A DNA stretch of 64,000 nucleotides from Nibricoccus sp. (lineage in GTDB: Bacteria > Verrucomicrobiota > Verrucomicrobiia > Opitutales > Opitutaceae), in NCBI GenBank assembly GCA_047602425.1, contig JASGHG010000001.1:1792001-1856000 (forward strand). The letters run 5' to 3'. The position numbers and the translations under genes are program-made. Under the pieces are notes generated by a model that saw only the letters and a list, made by a program, of their open reading frames with translations, ran no database searches and was not told where the DNA came from. Below, in pieces: positions 40,723-51,093 of the stretch (the stretch's first letter is position 1; every line of letters starts with the position of its first letter).

Positions 40723-43700
40723 TCAGAATGTGCCGCGAACACCCAGGTTGTAGTAGGGTTCGCCAAACTGGAAATGATTGCGGGGAAGGTTCACCTGCGA
40801 ATGGTTCGGCAGGTAGCCATGCCAGTAATCATAACGACCGGCGCCGAACACGTTCTGTACAGCAACGTAGATTTTATATCGCTGGGAGATCGCGTACTCG
40901 GCCTTCACATCGGTGCGCCACACTGAATCCTTGATCGACACGAGTTGCGTATCGAGGTCCGGATTGGCATTGGCCGCACCACGGATCCACTCGGAGTTCA
41001 CGAGGCCCGAAGCCACGGTGTCATCCGTCCAGTTGGTCGAGGTCGTGATGGAGAACTTTTGGTAACGATAGCCAAGGATAGCGTTGAAGGTCTTGGGGGC
41101 AGAACCACGTTGCTGCGCCCAGAGCACGTCGTTATTGTCGCCATCGATGTCGGACATCGTGTAGTTGAACTGAACGTTTAGGCCGTTAAACGGTTTCGGC
41201 AGGAAGCTGAGGGTTTGTGCGTAGCTTAGTTCCAAGCCCTGTACGCTGGAGTCAGGTCCGTTGTAACGGATATTGCCGGACGAAAATTCCGCAGGATTGT
41301 AGCCTGCGGCTATTACGGCAGCATTACGTTCCGCCAGTGTCATAGTTCGGCTCGCGATGAAGTTTTTCACCTGCTTGCGGAACAGGGAGAGCGTCACGAC
41401 ACCCGAGTTCTTCAAGTAGTAGTCGAAAGAAAGGTCCGTGTTGGTTGTATAATAAGGCTGGACGTTGGGATCGACCAAGGTGACCGAACCGTTGCCTGCG
41501 CCGGAGGTGCTTTCAGAATTCACCGCGCCGATGAGGTCGGCGTAGTCGGGGTGGCCGACCGTTTTGCTGATGCCGCCGCGGGCAATCAGCGCCTTGAGGT
41601 AGTGCGGGGTGTACTTGAACGTGAGCGAGGGATACAGCTTGCTGTACTTCAGATTGACCGGGGCTTTCTTCGCGTTAGTCGCAACGCGATTGATACCGTA
41701 GCCATCGATTTCGTGCTCCTCCCATCGAACGCCGCCAATTAGGAGCAGATCCCTGATCGGCTTGACGTCGAGCCGTAGATAGGCCGCGGTGTTGTCCTCG
41801 GTGATATCGCGATATGTATCTTCCTGAGGGGTAACAATGCTGCTGCCAAACGCTGCAGCAATTTTGTAGGGATCGACCGCTTGATAGCTGCCAAAATCAA
41901 AGGCGAGGTCTTTGGTGAAACCTTCATCTCGGTAGGGCGTGAGGTCGGTAACGGTCAGCGTGGATCCCGGGGCTTGGCGAAGAACGATGCGCGTGATGTC
42001 ACGCTCCGTTTTGTCGATCGCAAAGCCCGTTTGCACCGTAATCGGCACAACTTCGAGACCGGGAATGTCGAGTTTGTAGTTGGCGGAAACACCTTTCTTA
42101 TTGTCGTGAGTCGTCCAAGGCCGCGCCTGCAGGTTGGAATTGGCCTGCGAGGCCGATAGGTTATAGTTCGACAATTGACGGAGAACATCCACCGAAACCG
42201 GACCCGATCCATTGGCAAGAGTCAAAGTGGGCAGGTCGTTATTGGCGGTATTTGCCAAGGTCATGCTGGTTATCACGCCGGCATTGAGTTGCGCAGTAGA
42301 ACCGACAAAGCCCTTTTGGATGTCGCGATATTGGCCATCGGCATAGGACCAATAAGCGGTCGTCCATACTTTGCCGGCGTGGCCGAAGTCGTGACTCAAA
42401 GTGCCGTTGAAATGGAGCGTGGTGCCGTACTTGTTGCGGTAAAGAACGTCGTTGCGGACGATCGGCGCGGTGGAGGTGAAGGTCGGATTTTCAGCCGGGC
42501 CGCTGCGAGTCGCGGAGGCCGCAGTTCCCAAAATCAGCAAGGGTCCGCGCTGATGGAAGTGGAGATCATACCAGTTCCACTGGCCTGAAAGCGTAAGTTT
42601 GGTGTTTTCGCTGATCAGGTAGTCGAGCTTGGTCGCAAAAGCCTCGCGGTGGGTGAGTTTCTGCTCAGTGCGGATATTGTACTGCTCCATTACTGGAGCA
42701 GACCAGAAGTTGGTGGCGGCGGCGCCGGTCTGCGCCCAGTTAATCTCAGTGCGCGGGGAATCGTCGTAACGCTCGGAAGTGCGGTAGTTGAAATTGATGC
42801 CGATCTTCTTTCCGATGCGGCGAGCGTAGTTGAGGTCGAGGTTGGGACGAACGACAAACTCCTTCTTGTTGCCCCAGACGCCGGCTTCCTTGCCAAGCGA
42901 GAAATTCGTGCTCGGAACGACAAAGTTGAAGTCGTAGCTGAACACGCTCTCGTCTTCGCGATCGAAGGCGCTCTTCGTGACGAAGTTCACGAAACCGCCG
43001 GTCGAGCTGGCGGGAATGTCAGGTGTGACGGTTTTAAATAGTTCGGTCGTCTCGACGTTGTTCATCGCGATCTGTTCGAACTCAAAACGGCGCGTATCCG
43101 CCGTGGACGAACTTGCGGCCATCGGCGTGCCATCGACAGCCACAACCGTGAATGACGTGTTCAGGCCGCGAAGACTGACGCCGCGAGCGTCGTTGGCGTT
43201 GTAGTCGATGCTCAAGCCCGGCAGATATTTCAAATACTCACCGATGTTGCCTTCGGAGATCGGACCGAACTGGTCGGCAGCGGCAACCAGCTTATTCTGG
43301 ATGGAGAGTTTTTGAAGAGCGACAGCCTGCGCCATGCCTTCCTTTGAGCCCGGGACTTTGAATTCGCCGAGTTTGATGACTTCGGCCGTATCGAGGCGCA
43401 CCACAAGCTCCGCCGCTTTACCGGCAGTAACCGCCACTGTTTCTGTTTTCTCCTCAAGGCCCGGGTAGGTAACCACCAGCGTGTAGTTGCCATCCGCGAG
43501 ATTGGAAATGGTGAAGGAACCGGCACGCTCGGTTGACACACGAGTGCTCGTGCCCTCCACCGAAACTTCGGCGCCTTCGAGGTATTTGCCGCTGTTGCCA
43601 TCGAGCACGCGGCCCGAGATGGAACCGGCGTCCGCGGCGATGGCGGCGGTCACCGGAAGCAAGAGGCTGAGCAGTAGGGAACAAAGCAGCGCGGAGATGT

Positions 43701-43755
43701 TACCGGGCTGGAAACGGCGCAAGCGCCGCGCAGGGGATGTCGTGGTGTGTTTCAT
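40723..43755 (-). CDS. TonB-dependent receptor with N-terminal carboxypeptidase-regulatory-like domain
   Basis: 1010 aa; signal peptide; plug NIGEYLKYLPG..VSLRG, GGFVN; terminal GVRGTF. Confidence 0.92.
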   Translation of the reverse strand: MKHTTTSPARRLRRFQPGNISALLCSLLLSLLLPVTAAIAADAGSISGRVLDGNSGKYLEGAEVSVEGTSTRVSTERAGSFTISNLADGNYTLVVTYPGLEEKTETVAVTAGKAAELVVRLDTAEVIKLGEFKVPGSKEGMAQAVALQKLSIQNKLVAAADQFGPISEGNIGEYLKYLPGLSIDYNANDARGVSLRGLNTSFTVVAVDGTPMAASSSTADTRRFEFEQIAMNNVETTELFKTVTPDIPASSTGGFVNFVTKSAFDREDESVFSYDFNFVVPSTNFSLGKEAGVWGNKKEFVVRPNLDLNYARRIGKKIGINFNYRTSERYDDSPRTEINWAQTGAAATNFWSAPVMEQYNIRTEQKLTHREAFATKLDYLISENTKLTLSGQWNWYDLHFHQRGPLLILGTAASATRSGPAENPTFTSTAPIVRNDVLYRNKYGTTLHFNGTLSHDFGHAGKVWTTAYWSYADGQYRDIQKGFVGSTAQLNAGVITSMTLANTANNDLPTLTLANGSGPVSVDVLRQLSNYNLSASQANSNLQARPWTTHDNKKGVSANYKLDIPGLEVVPITVQTGFAIDKTERDITRIVLRQAPGSTLTVTDLTPYRDEGFTKDLAFDFGSYQAVDPYKIAAAFGSSIVTPQEDTYRDITEDNTAAYLRLDVKPIRDLLLIGGVRWEEHEIDGYGINRVATNAKKAPVNLKYSKLYPSLTFKYTPHYLKALIARGGISKTVGHPDYADLIGAVNSESTSGAGNGSVTLVDPNVQPYYTTNTDLSFDYYLKNSGVVTLSLFRKQVKNFIASRTMTLAERNAAVIAAGYNPAEFSSGNIRYNGPDSSVQGLELSYAQTLSFLPKPFNGLNVQFNYTMSDIDGDNNDVLWAQQRGSAPKTFNAILGYRYQKFSITTSTNWTDDTVASGLVNSEWIRGAANANPDLDTQLVSIKDSVWRTDVKAEYAISQRYKIYVAVQNVFGAGRYDYWHGYLPNHSQVNLPRNHFQFGEPYYNLGVRGTF

Positions 43756-43950
43756 GGGTATGTCTGGGATGCTGGGTCTCTGTCTTCAAAACCCGCCGGG
43801 ATAAAACCAATCTTAACCGCCAAATACGCAGGCGCGTCGCCGGCCGGCGGCAAACCCATTTGCGTGATGCAGGGCAGGCCGTTGACGGTGCGTGAAGGCA
43901 GAAGCGCGTTCGTACAAGTCGGACAAGGGGTGGTGTGGGGCGGGGTTCGC

Positions 43951-43974
43951 GACAAGTTCATTAGTGAACTTGTC
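43951..43974. promoter_or_regulatory. Candidate operator palindrome between the divergent TonB receptor and IclR genes
   Basis: GACAAGTTCA-TTAG-TGAACTTGTC, perfect 10-bp arms. Confidence 0.5.
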
Positions 43975-44159
43975 ATTCGCCTATGAAAATTTTTATCGCA
44001 GCCCCGTCAAGTATTTTGCTACATAAAGGTCAGTGGTTCTGCTAATACTCGGCCGTCCCCACCCCTCCTACCCCTCCAATTCATTTTCGCGATATAGTCT
44101 TGTGACCGCGACCCGCTTCGCGACGTCTAGCTATATCCAAGCTCAACTCATTTCCTTAC

Positions 44160-44915
44160 GTGGACAAATACGTCATCCCCAATCTACGCAACGCCTGCCA
44201 ACTCCTCAAAGCCCTCGCCGAAGGCGCTGAACCGCGCCGCGTCGCCGATTTGGCGCGCCGCTCCGGCATTCCCGCCACCAGCGCCCTTCGCATCGTGCAT
44301 ACCCTCGAGCAAGAAGGCTTCATCCGTAAGGATCGGGGCGAACTCCGCCTCGGGCCATCGCTCATTTATCTTGGCAATGCCGCGCTCAAGGACACCGCGC
44401 TCATCCAGGAGGCACAACCCATTCTGCAAGCGCTTACCGCCGCAACCGACGAAACCGCCCACGTCGCGGTCCCTTGCGACCAAAGGGCCCTGATCGTCGC
44501 GGTTAACGACAGTCCGCATCCCCTGCGCGCAGCCTCACGCCCCGGCGCACTCACGAATTTGCATTGTTCTTCGACGGGAAAAGTTTTCCTCGCCTACACG
44601 TTCCACGACCAGCTCGAAGCATTGCTCCCCAGCCTGAACCTTTCCAAGCGCACTAAAAACACCATAACCACCGTGGCAGCTCTAAAAAAGGAGCTCGCGC
44701 TCATTCGCAAACAGGGCTTCAGCGTCGACAACGAGGAAATTCATCCTGGCGTGCGCTGTCTGGCCGCGCCCGTCACCGGCGCCGATGGTTCCGTCGTCGC
44801 CGCGATCGGAATCACGGCTGCCGCCACGCGTTTCACCAAGGCCGACAACAACCGCATCGCTGAACAGGTGACAGCGGTCGCTTCCGCATTGGCCCGTCGA
44901 CTTGGGCATTTTTGA
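44160..44915 (+). CDS. IclR family transcriptional regulator
   Basis: N-terminal wHTH; DETAH, HCSSTGKVFLA, GFSVDNEE..GVRCLAAP. Confidence 0.93.
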   Translation: MDKYVIPNLRNACQLLKALAEGAEPRRVADLARRSGIPATSALRIVHTLEQEGFIRKDRGELRLGPSLIYLGNAALKDTALIQEAQPILQALTAATDETAHVAVPCDQRALIVAVNDSPHPLRAASRPGALTNLHCSSTGKVFLAYTFHDQLEALLPSLNLSKRTKNTITTVAALKKELALIRKQGFSVDNEEIHPGVRCLAAPVTGADGSVVAAIGITAAATRFTKADNNRIAEQVTAVASALARRLGHF

Positions 44916-45086
44916 GAAGTTTTGCGCCCACGACTTGGCGCGGTCTCTTCGGCAGAGCTTTCCTTTTTAAAAGCGCCTTCTGCTCTACATGTGGCAACCT
45001 TCGATCCACTAATGGCAGAAACTATCTTGCATCCAGTTTGCTATAAATATTTTAGAATGGGCTGTATCATCTCGCACTAGGGCCGA

Positions 45087-45118
45087 ATCAGGGTTTCCCT
45101 TAATGTAAATTATTTGCG
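45087..45118 (+). promoter_or_regulatory. Conserved upstream motif, copy 1
   Basis: ATCAGGGTTTCCCTTAATGTAAATTATTTGCG; 28/32 identical to 46353-46384. Confidence 0.6.
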
Positions 45119-45148
45119 AAGGCATGGCTGGTGCTAATCCCTTGCATT

Positions 45149-46219
45149 ATGCCAGCTCATCACCAGCCCACCACTAACAAGTCAGTTTTTCCGTTTGCCG
45201 ACACGGCCACCGCCCCGGGCTCCTCGACTCACGACGATATCATCGCTTCTCCTCGCAGCTTAAAATCGCGAGAGAACGTTCTTCGCAACGCAGTTAAGAA
45301 ATGGTTTGGCCCGATCGAAACACTCGATCCGGCCGCCCGCGCCGCCGAAGTGAATCATCACGAGGTTATCCTGCAGCTCCTCCTTCGCCTGCATCGCCTC
45401 AGCTGCAACCTCGTGCCAGAGGCAAACCGGCTTCCGTTGCAGGAGCAGGAGGTGTTCACCGCCATCGTGCTGCTCAACCGCATCAACGTCACGCTCGGCA
45501 GCCCCCACGCGGCAATTCTCTGCTATTGTGAGGCGCGCGCGGTGCGCGAGAAAAACATCCGAGCCAGCCAGATCGACCCGCTGCAGCTGCGCCATCTGCT
45601 CACTTTTCACCAGGACATCCCGCACGAAGAATTGAATGCTTTGGATATCCAGCGTCTGCGCACCGCCTGCGAAAAAGCCGAAAGCACCGCCATCATCTCC
45701 TGGTTCGAAACCATTTCGAAACGAAGAACGGTTCTTCCCAAAGATACTCCCCAGTTTCTCCGCCAGCTGGCCTCCGATCTCTGGAATGCCGGTCACGAAT
45801 CTTTTCTCGAAACCTACGCGAAGGAGCTAGCCGTCCTCGACGCGGCTTTGCTGCACGAACTCGGTTGGGAAAATACCCGTCTTTTCTTCGCGCTTTTCAA
45901 ACGCCTTCAGGGCACAAATTGTCGCTCGGCGATCGCCTTCCTGACCGAAGCGGACATTGCCCTCGCCATCGAACAGTCCAAGCAGCTCGGCAACAGCGAT
46001 GAGACCGTGCATTTTCGCATGCTCTCCACGACGTACGACGCCCCGGCGTTCCGCCGGCTTGAAACCACCATTCTCGCCGCCTCCAGGGAAAAAGGTTCAC
46101 GCCTCCGCAAAAGCTCCGACACGACTTCGCCACTCGAACGAAAAAAATCCGTCGAACTCCCTCCCGTTTACGGCACTCCGGCATTTTTCGCCCGCACCAG
46201 TGCGCGGCAGTCTCACTGA
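45149..46219 (+). CDS. Hypothetical helical protein, tandem paralogue A
   Basis: Shares KWFGP, DPLQLRHLLTFH, LPKDTPQ.LRQLA.DLW and GWENTR with the next gene. Confidence 0.8.
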   Translation: MPAHHQPTTNKSVFPFADTATAPGSSTHDDIIASPRSLKSRENVLRNAVKKWFGPIETLDPAARAAEVNHHEVILQLLLRLHRLSCNLVPEANRLPLQEQEVFTAIVLLNRINVTLGSPHAAILCYCEARAVREKNIRASQIDPLQLRHLLTFHQDIPHEELNALDIQRLRTACEKAESTAIISWFETISKRRTVLPKDTPQFLRQLASDLWNAGHESFLETYAKELAVLDAALLHELGWENTRLFFALFKRLQGTNCRSAIAFLTEADIALAIEQSKQLGNSDETVHFRMLSTTYDAPAFRRLETTILAASREKGSRLRKSSDTTSPLERKKSVELPPVYGTPAFFARTSARQSH

Positions 46220-46352
46220 GGATTCCAAAGCCCATGCGCTGTAACGCCGTGGGCTGGCATCCGTTATGCGTCTTTAACTTGTTCGCCACTTAACGCAACT
46301 GATTGACTTCCAACATATATTTAATATCTGTCAGGGCGAAACACAGGCCAGT

Positions 46353-46384
46353 ATCAGGGTTTCCATTAGTGTAAACAATTTGCG
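46353..46384 (+). promoter_or_regulatory. Conserved upstream motif, copy 2
   Basis: ATCAGGGTTTCCATTAGTGTAAACAATTTGCG. Confidence 0.6.
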
Positions 46385-46416
46385 CTCTCTATGCAGCCCA
46401 CGTCTCGTTTACTTAG

Positions 46417-47448
46417 ATGTCTGTGCCCGTCCAGCCGGCCAACGGTTTACCCGTGAAAACTTCCAGCAACATGGAAGGCGGTTCTCCACACCCAAGCGGC
46501 GGAGACAAGAAAAGCTTCGCCACCGGCGAGGAGACGATCCGCACTGCCGTTGGAAAATGGTTCGGCCCGCTCGTCGCGTCGGACGTCCCGGAACGCGCCG
46601 GCAAATACGAGCATCACGAAACGATTCTTGAGACGTTGATCCGCCTCCACGCGGTGAGTTGCAGCCTCCTTTCCACAGAGCAACGACTCCCGCTGCCCGA
46701 GCAGGACGTTTTGGCCACAATCCAAATTCTCAACTACATTGCGGCCACGCTGAACTGCCCGCCCAAGGTCATCGCCAGCCGTTGCGCGGTCCGGTCCTTG
46801 CGCGAACAAAATCTGCGCGCCAACCAGCTCGATCCGCTTCAACTGCGGCATCTGCTCACCTTCCATCCGGATGTCAAAACCGCCGGCAAAAATCCCTGCG
46901 ACTTCAGACCGCTCAAGCAGGCCTGCAAAAAGACAGACTTCGCCACGATTCATGCCTGGTTCGAGACAACCGCCAGAGCCAAAACCTCGCTGCCCAAGGA
47001 TACTCCGCAATTGTTGCGACAACTGGCGATCGATCTCTGGAGCAGTGGCCACCGCGATTTTTTCGAGACGTTCGTCACCGAACTCGCCGTGCTCGATGCG
47101 AAAATGTTCGATGTCGCCGGCTGGGAAAACACCCGCCAATTCTTCGCCATCTACAAGCGCGTCAACGGCAAGGCCTGCCGTTTTGCCGCTTCCTTTCTGA
47201 AATCCGAGGACATCGCCCTAGCGATCAAGTTGTACCAACAACTGGGCGACACCGAGCAACTCGCGCATTTCCAGCAACTCGCCTCCTCGTACGATATGAC
47301 GGCGTTCAGACATTTTGAGCAGGCGATCCTCGCCGCGGCGAAGGAAACGGGTTCGCGCAATCCCTTCGAGACAACGTCCGCCTCGCCCTTCGCGTCGCTC
47401 TCGCCCTTCGGCCAACCCTTGCGCCCCGGCGCCGCGGACAGTCCTTGA
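46417..47448 (+). CDS. Hypothetical helical protein, tandem paralogue B
   Basis: Colinear similarity to 45149-46219. Confidence 0.8.
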   Translation: MSVPVQPANGLPVKTSSNMEGGSPHPSGGDKKSFATGEETIRTAVGKWFGPLVASDVPERAGKYEHHETILETLIRLHAVSCSLLSTEQRLPLPEQDVLATIQILNYIAATLNCPPKVIASRCAVRSLREQNLRANQLDPLQLRHLLTFHPDVKTAGKNPCDFRPLKQACKKTDFATIHAWFETTARAKTSLPKDTPQLLRQLAIDLWSSGHRDFFETFVTELAVLDAKMFDVAGWENTRQFFAIYKRVNGKACRFAASFLKSEDIALAIKLYQQLGDTEQLAHFQQLASSYDMTAFRHFEQAILAAAKETGSRNPFETTSASPFASLSPFGQPLRPGAADSP

Positions 47449-47581
47449 AAGGCGCCATCGCGCCGTCTTGACTGCGTTGCCGCTCAGAAAATCCGCAACC
47501 TGAGCGCCGCGCAGACGTCATCCTTATTGCATTTCGGGCGCTTCAGTCCGCGCCGAAGGCACCGATTGTTAATGTCTGTTC

Positions 47582-49793
47582 ATGTCCAGCTTCCTGCGCC
47601 TCGTCTTTCAATTTTTCATCAGCACAGCCGTCGCCGTCCTGACCGCTTCCGGCGCGGACGCTCCTGAACCGAACTCACCTAAAGCGCTAAACCCGGAACC
47701 GGGCATGCCCACGGTGCTCGATCGCTTCACCGTTGAGGCCGAACGCGATGAGGTGGCAACGTGGCCCGAGGAAAAGCCCAATGTTTTCCCCTTCGACCGC
47801 GTTGGTGTCTTCGCTGAACTCGAAGCCGAGGCGCGTCCCGAGCAAGGCACCACCATGCTCAACGAGGAACTCGCCGCCCTTCCCGACCAGCGCCAGATCG
47901 AGTTCGTTTCCATTTCCGGCGGCAGCACTCCACGCGGTTTCACGGCCCCTCGACTGCGCAATGGCCTCACTCAACTCGGTTTCCCCGAACAAATTGTCGG
48001 CGGACGCCGCGATTTACTTACCGGGTTCATGGCCGTGCTTTACGAGCCGCACCGCGCCGGGCGGCATCGTGAACCTGATCTCCCGCCGACCCACCCCAAA
48101 AATGTCTTGGGTGTTTGATGCTTCCGCGAGCAGCCTGCCCTCTTTTTTCGTTCAAGCCGAACGCAGCGAACTCCTGATCACCAAAAAACTCAACGGCCGC
48201 ATTCTCGGTTCCTGGAACCGCGTGGACGGTCCGGAGGACTTCGCCCGGCGCGAAGAAAACCAAGCCACCGCCTCCCTGCGGTATTCACCCGACAAATACA
48301 CGGTCCTTTTTTGGGAAGCCGAACTCGGCAAAACCCGCGCCACGCCCTCTGGCGGCTTGCCACTGACCCGCGAAGTCCCCGGCGGGCCCATTGGCGCGGC
48401 CTATTTGCCTCTCGCCGATTTCAATACCAATGGCCCCGAGGCTTGGGCGCGCCGCACCAGCGCGAGCACGAGTCTCTGGGCCGAGCGTAAATTGCCCCGC
48501 GGCTGGCTGGTGCGAGGCGGCGCGCAGTATTGGAATCGCAGCCAACGCGAACTGCGTTTCGCCACCGGCCCGTACGTTTTGAGCACCGGCGTTTTCGACG
48601 GTACGCGCGAACCACAGTACAACGACCGGACCGAGCACACCGTAGGAGCTCAACTCGAAGCGGACATTCCGGTTAAGGGAAAACGTTTCAATCAACGCTG
48701 GCTCACCGGCATCGAAGGCAGCCATGCGGTCACGCAGCGCCTGCGACGCGGCCTGCCCAAGGATGTGCGCGACGCCCTGCCCGCCAGCATTCGCTCACTC
48801 GATCCTGCCAATCCCGACTACACCACGCCCGCGTATTCAGAAGAAGCCTACAGCCGCCTGCTGACCCTTCGCGATGAACAGGCGGGATACCTCGGAATTT
48901 TCGTTAGCGATCGCATTTCCTGGGCCCGCGGCAGGCATGGTGCGACCTTCGGCCTTCGCCAAGATTGGGTTGATGCTTCGATTGACGACCAACTACCTGG
49001 AACCAAAACCCCGCATGCCACTTCGGCGGTGCAAAAAACCACCTATCACGCGGGCTGGGTCGGTCAGAATACCAAGGGCCTGGCCGTTTTCGTCAATCAC
49101 AGCACCGCCTTTCAGCCCCAGCGCCGCATCGATTCCCGCACTGGCCGCATTCAGGGCAATGAAAGCACCAGCGGCGTCGAAGCCGGCCTGCGCTGGCTTA
49201 CCCTGGAAAAAACGTTGCTCGTCACCACCTCGGTCTACCGTCTTTGGAATAAAAACATCACGCGCCTCAACCCCGCGTATGACGACCCTGTGCTCGATCC
49301 CGACCGCACGGCGCCACAACTCGTTTCCTCCGGCGAGGAACAATTCACTGGCATTGAAACCGGCCTGCGTTGGAATGCCACGCGGGCGCTCACAGCCGAC
49401 GTGCGGGCCGCCGTTCTCGAAGCAACCACCACGTCATCGCCCGACCTGCCGGAGGAAGTTGGTCGCCAACTGCCACGCACGCCGAAATACACCGGTTCGG
49501 CCTCGCTCACCTGGCGTCCCGATCCCAACGGTTTAGGCTTTCAATTTGGTTCGGCATTTGCCTGGCTGGGCTCACAGGTGGCTTTTTACCAGGGCAAAAC
49601 ACGCCGCGAATGGCGCTGTAGTGGCTACGGTGTTCTCGGATTCAATGGCAGCTACACGTGGCAGCAGGGGAAAAAACTCCGCCACACCGCTGGTTTATCG
49701 CTGCGCAACGCCCTTAACCGCGACCTTGTTGCCGCAGCCGGTCGTCTCGGCGGTCAGCGTAGCATCGAGGCCCGTTACGGGGCACGCTTTTGA
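47582..49793 (+). pseudogene. TonB-dependent receptor split by a +1 frameshift at about 48045; may be a sequencing error
   Basis: Removing A48045 restores AVLYGRTAPGGIVNLISRRP; beta-barrel ends with YGARF. Confidence 0.8.
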
Positions 49794-49923
49794 CAATTCC
49801 CCCCGCGAGCTAATGCTCCGTCCCTCTGATTGCTGCTGCTTCGCCCAATCTGGAGAAGCCGAACAGCGACTACTGAACCAAGCCACCCGTCCTTGGCCCG
49901 CGGGAAATGGGTTGGCTAAAATC

Positions 49924-50077
49924 CTAGAGCATTTTTAAAAATGTCATAGCCGCACAACTCTGGCTGTAGCCCGGCTTGGCTTTGCTACAGAAAGGGCGCA
50001 GCAAGACTGCGCCCCTACGAAGACAGCTCGGTTTGTAATACCGATTTACGGCTACAGTTTTATCGTATGTGCTCTAA
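49924..50077 (+). mobile_element. MITE-like repeat copy A with internal GTAG-REP hairpin
   Basis: Ends TAGAGCA...TGCTCTA; near-identical to the reverse complement of 52078-52248. Confidence 0.7.
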
Positions 50078-50204
50078 GCTCGCACCCTCCGCGACGATTT
50101 AGGCGGTGCGGCGCATCTTATTTTTCGAACCATCCGCCCAACTAAAACCTGCTTCTATAGCTAAATTTAGCTTCAATCATAACCTTTCAAGCCTGCAAAT
50201 TGCC

Positions 50205-50239
50205 CAGACGTTTGTCATCCATTAAATGACAAACGTCTG
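50205..50239. repeat. TGTCA-N9-TGACA palindrome, copy 1
   Basis: CAGACGTTTGTCAT-CCATTAA-ATGACAAACGTCTG (14-bp arms). Confidence 0.7.
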
Positions 50240-50290
50240 TCTGGACCGCGCCCGCTTTTGACCTCGCATTCAGAAATACCAAAACACCGT

Positions 50291-50311
50291 TTGTCATCTA
50301 ATAGATGACAA
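50291..50311. repeat. TGTCA-N9-TGACA palindrome, copy 2
   Basis: TTGTCATCTA-A-TAGATGACAA. Confidence 0.7.
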
Positions 50312-50312
50312 G

Positions 50313-51029
50313 TCACTCCGATTGCTTTTTGGCCGCGGCGGCGGCCTTGGCGGCTTTTTCGGCTTTTATTTTGTCGGTGTAGGCCTTGTAGAGCGCTTTC
50401 CAACTGCGTCCATTGGAATTTAAATACTGCTCCGACTTCGTCTTGTAGATTTCGAACACCGCGGAGATCTGCTTGATCGATTTATAGTCCACCGCCTGCT
50501 CGCGCGCTTCTTTCAGGAAGCCGAGGATCTTCGCTTCTTCTTCCGCCGTGAGATCGGGGACAATTGCCTTGTAGCCTTTCATGGTGAAGGCGACTTTGCC
50601 TTCCGTATACTTGTCGAGCACGGCTTCGACTTGTTCGGCACTCAAGTCCTTGCGTAAGCCGGCCATCAAAGCTTCATGTACCGTCTTCGGCATGGCGCCG
50701 TCGGCGATCATCTGGCGGTCGAGACTGGTTAAAGTTTTTCCGGTCGCAGGATCGCTTTCGGGCACCGCCGTGTAGGGATGCGAGTTGTGCCAGTCCCGCA
50801 CGGCCTTCAGGTGCGTGGCGATCACGGCTTTCACCCGTGCCGCCTTTTCCGCGTCGGCCAACGAGAGCGAGTCCACCCAACCCGCCGCTTTCTTTTCAGT
50901 GTCTGCGTCGGATTTCGCCAATTTCGCAGCCTCAGCGGAAGATGCCGCGGAAGGCGCCTCCTGCGCATGGATGGCTGACAAAAAGATGAAGGTGCTCAGA
51001 ATAACCAGGGAAAGCGGGAGATTTTTCAT
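50313..51029 (-). CDS. DUF3826-like secreted protein
   Basis: Signal peptide; L..EQVE.V.D.YT.G.V..T...Y, L.EARE.A.D, F..YK...YL...G pattern. Confidence 0.75.
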   Translation of the reverse strand: MKNLPLSLVILSTFIFLSAIHAQEAPSAASSAEAAKLAKSDADTEKKAAGWVDSLSLADAEKAARVKAVIATHLKAVRDWHNSHPYTAVPESDPATGKTLTSLDRQMIADGAMPKTVHEALMAGLRKDLSAEQVEAVLDKYTEGKVAFTMKGYKAIVPDLTAEEEAKILGFLKEAREQAVDYKSIKQISAVFEIYKTKSEQYLNSNGRSWKALYKAYTDKIKAEKAAKAAAAAKKQSE

Positions 51030-51093
51030 GGGATGTCGCGATAAGACGCTGCGAAGAGCACCCTGGTTAAAACAAATTTCACCCGCGCCGCGA

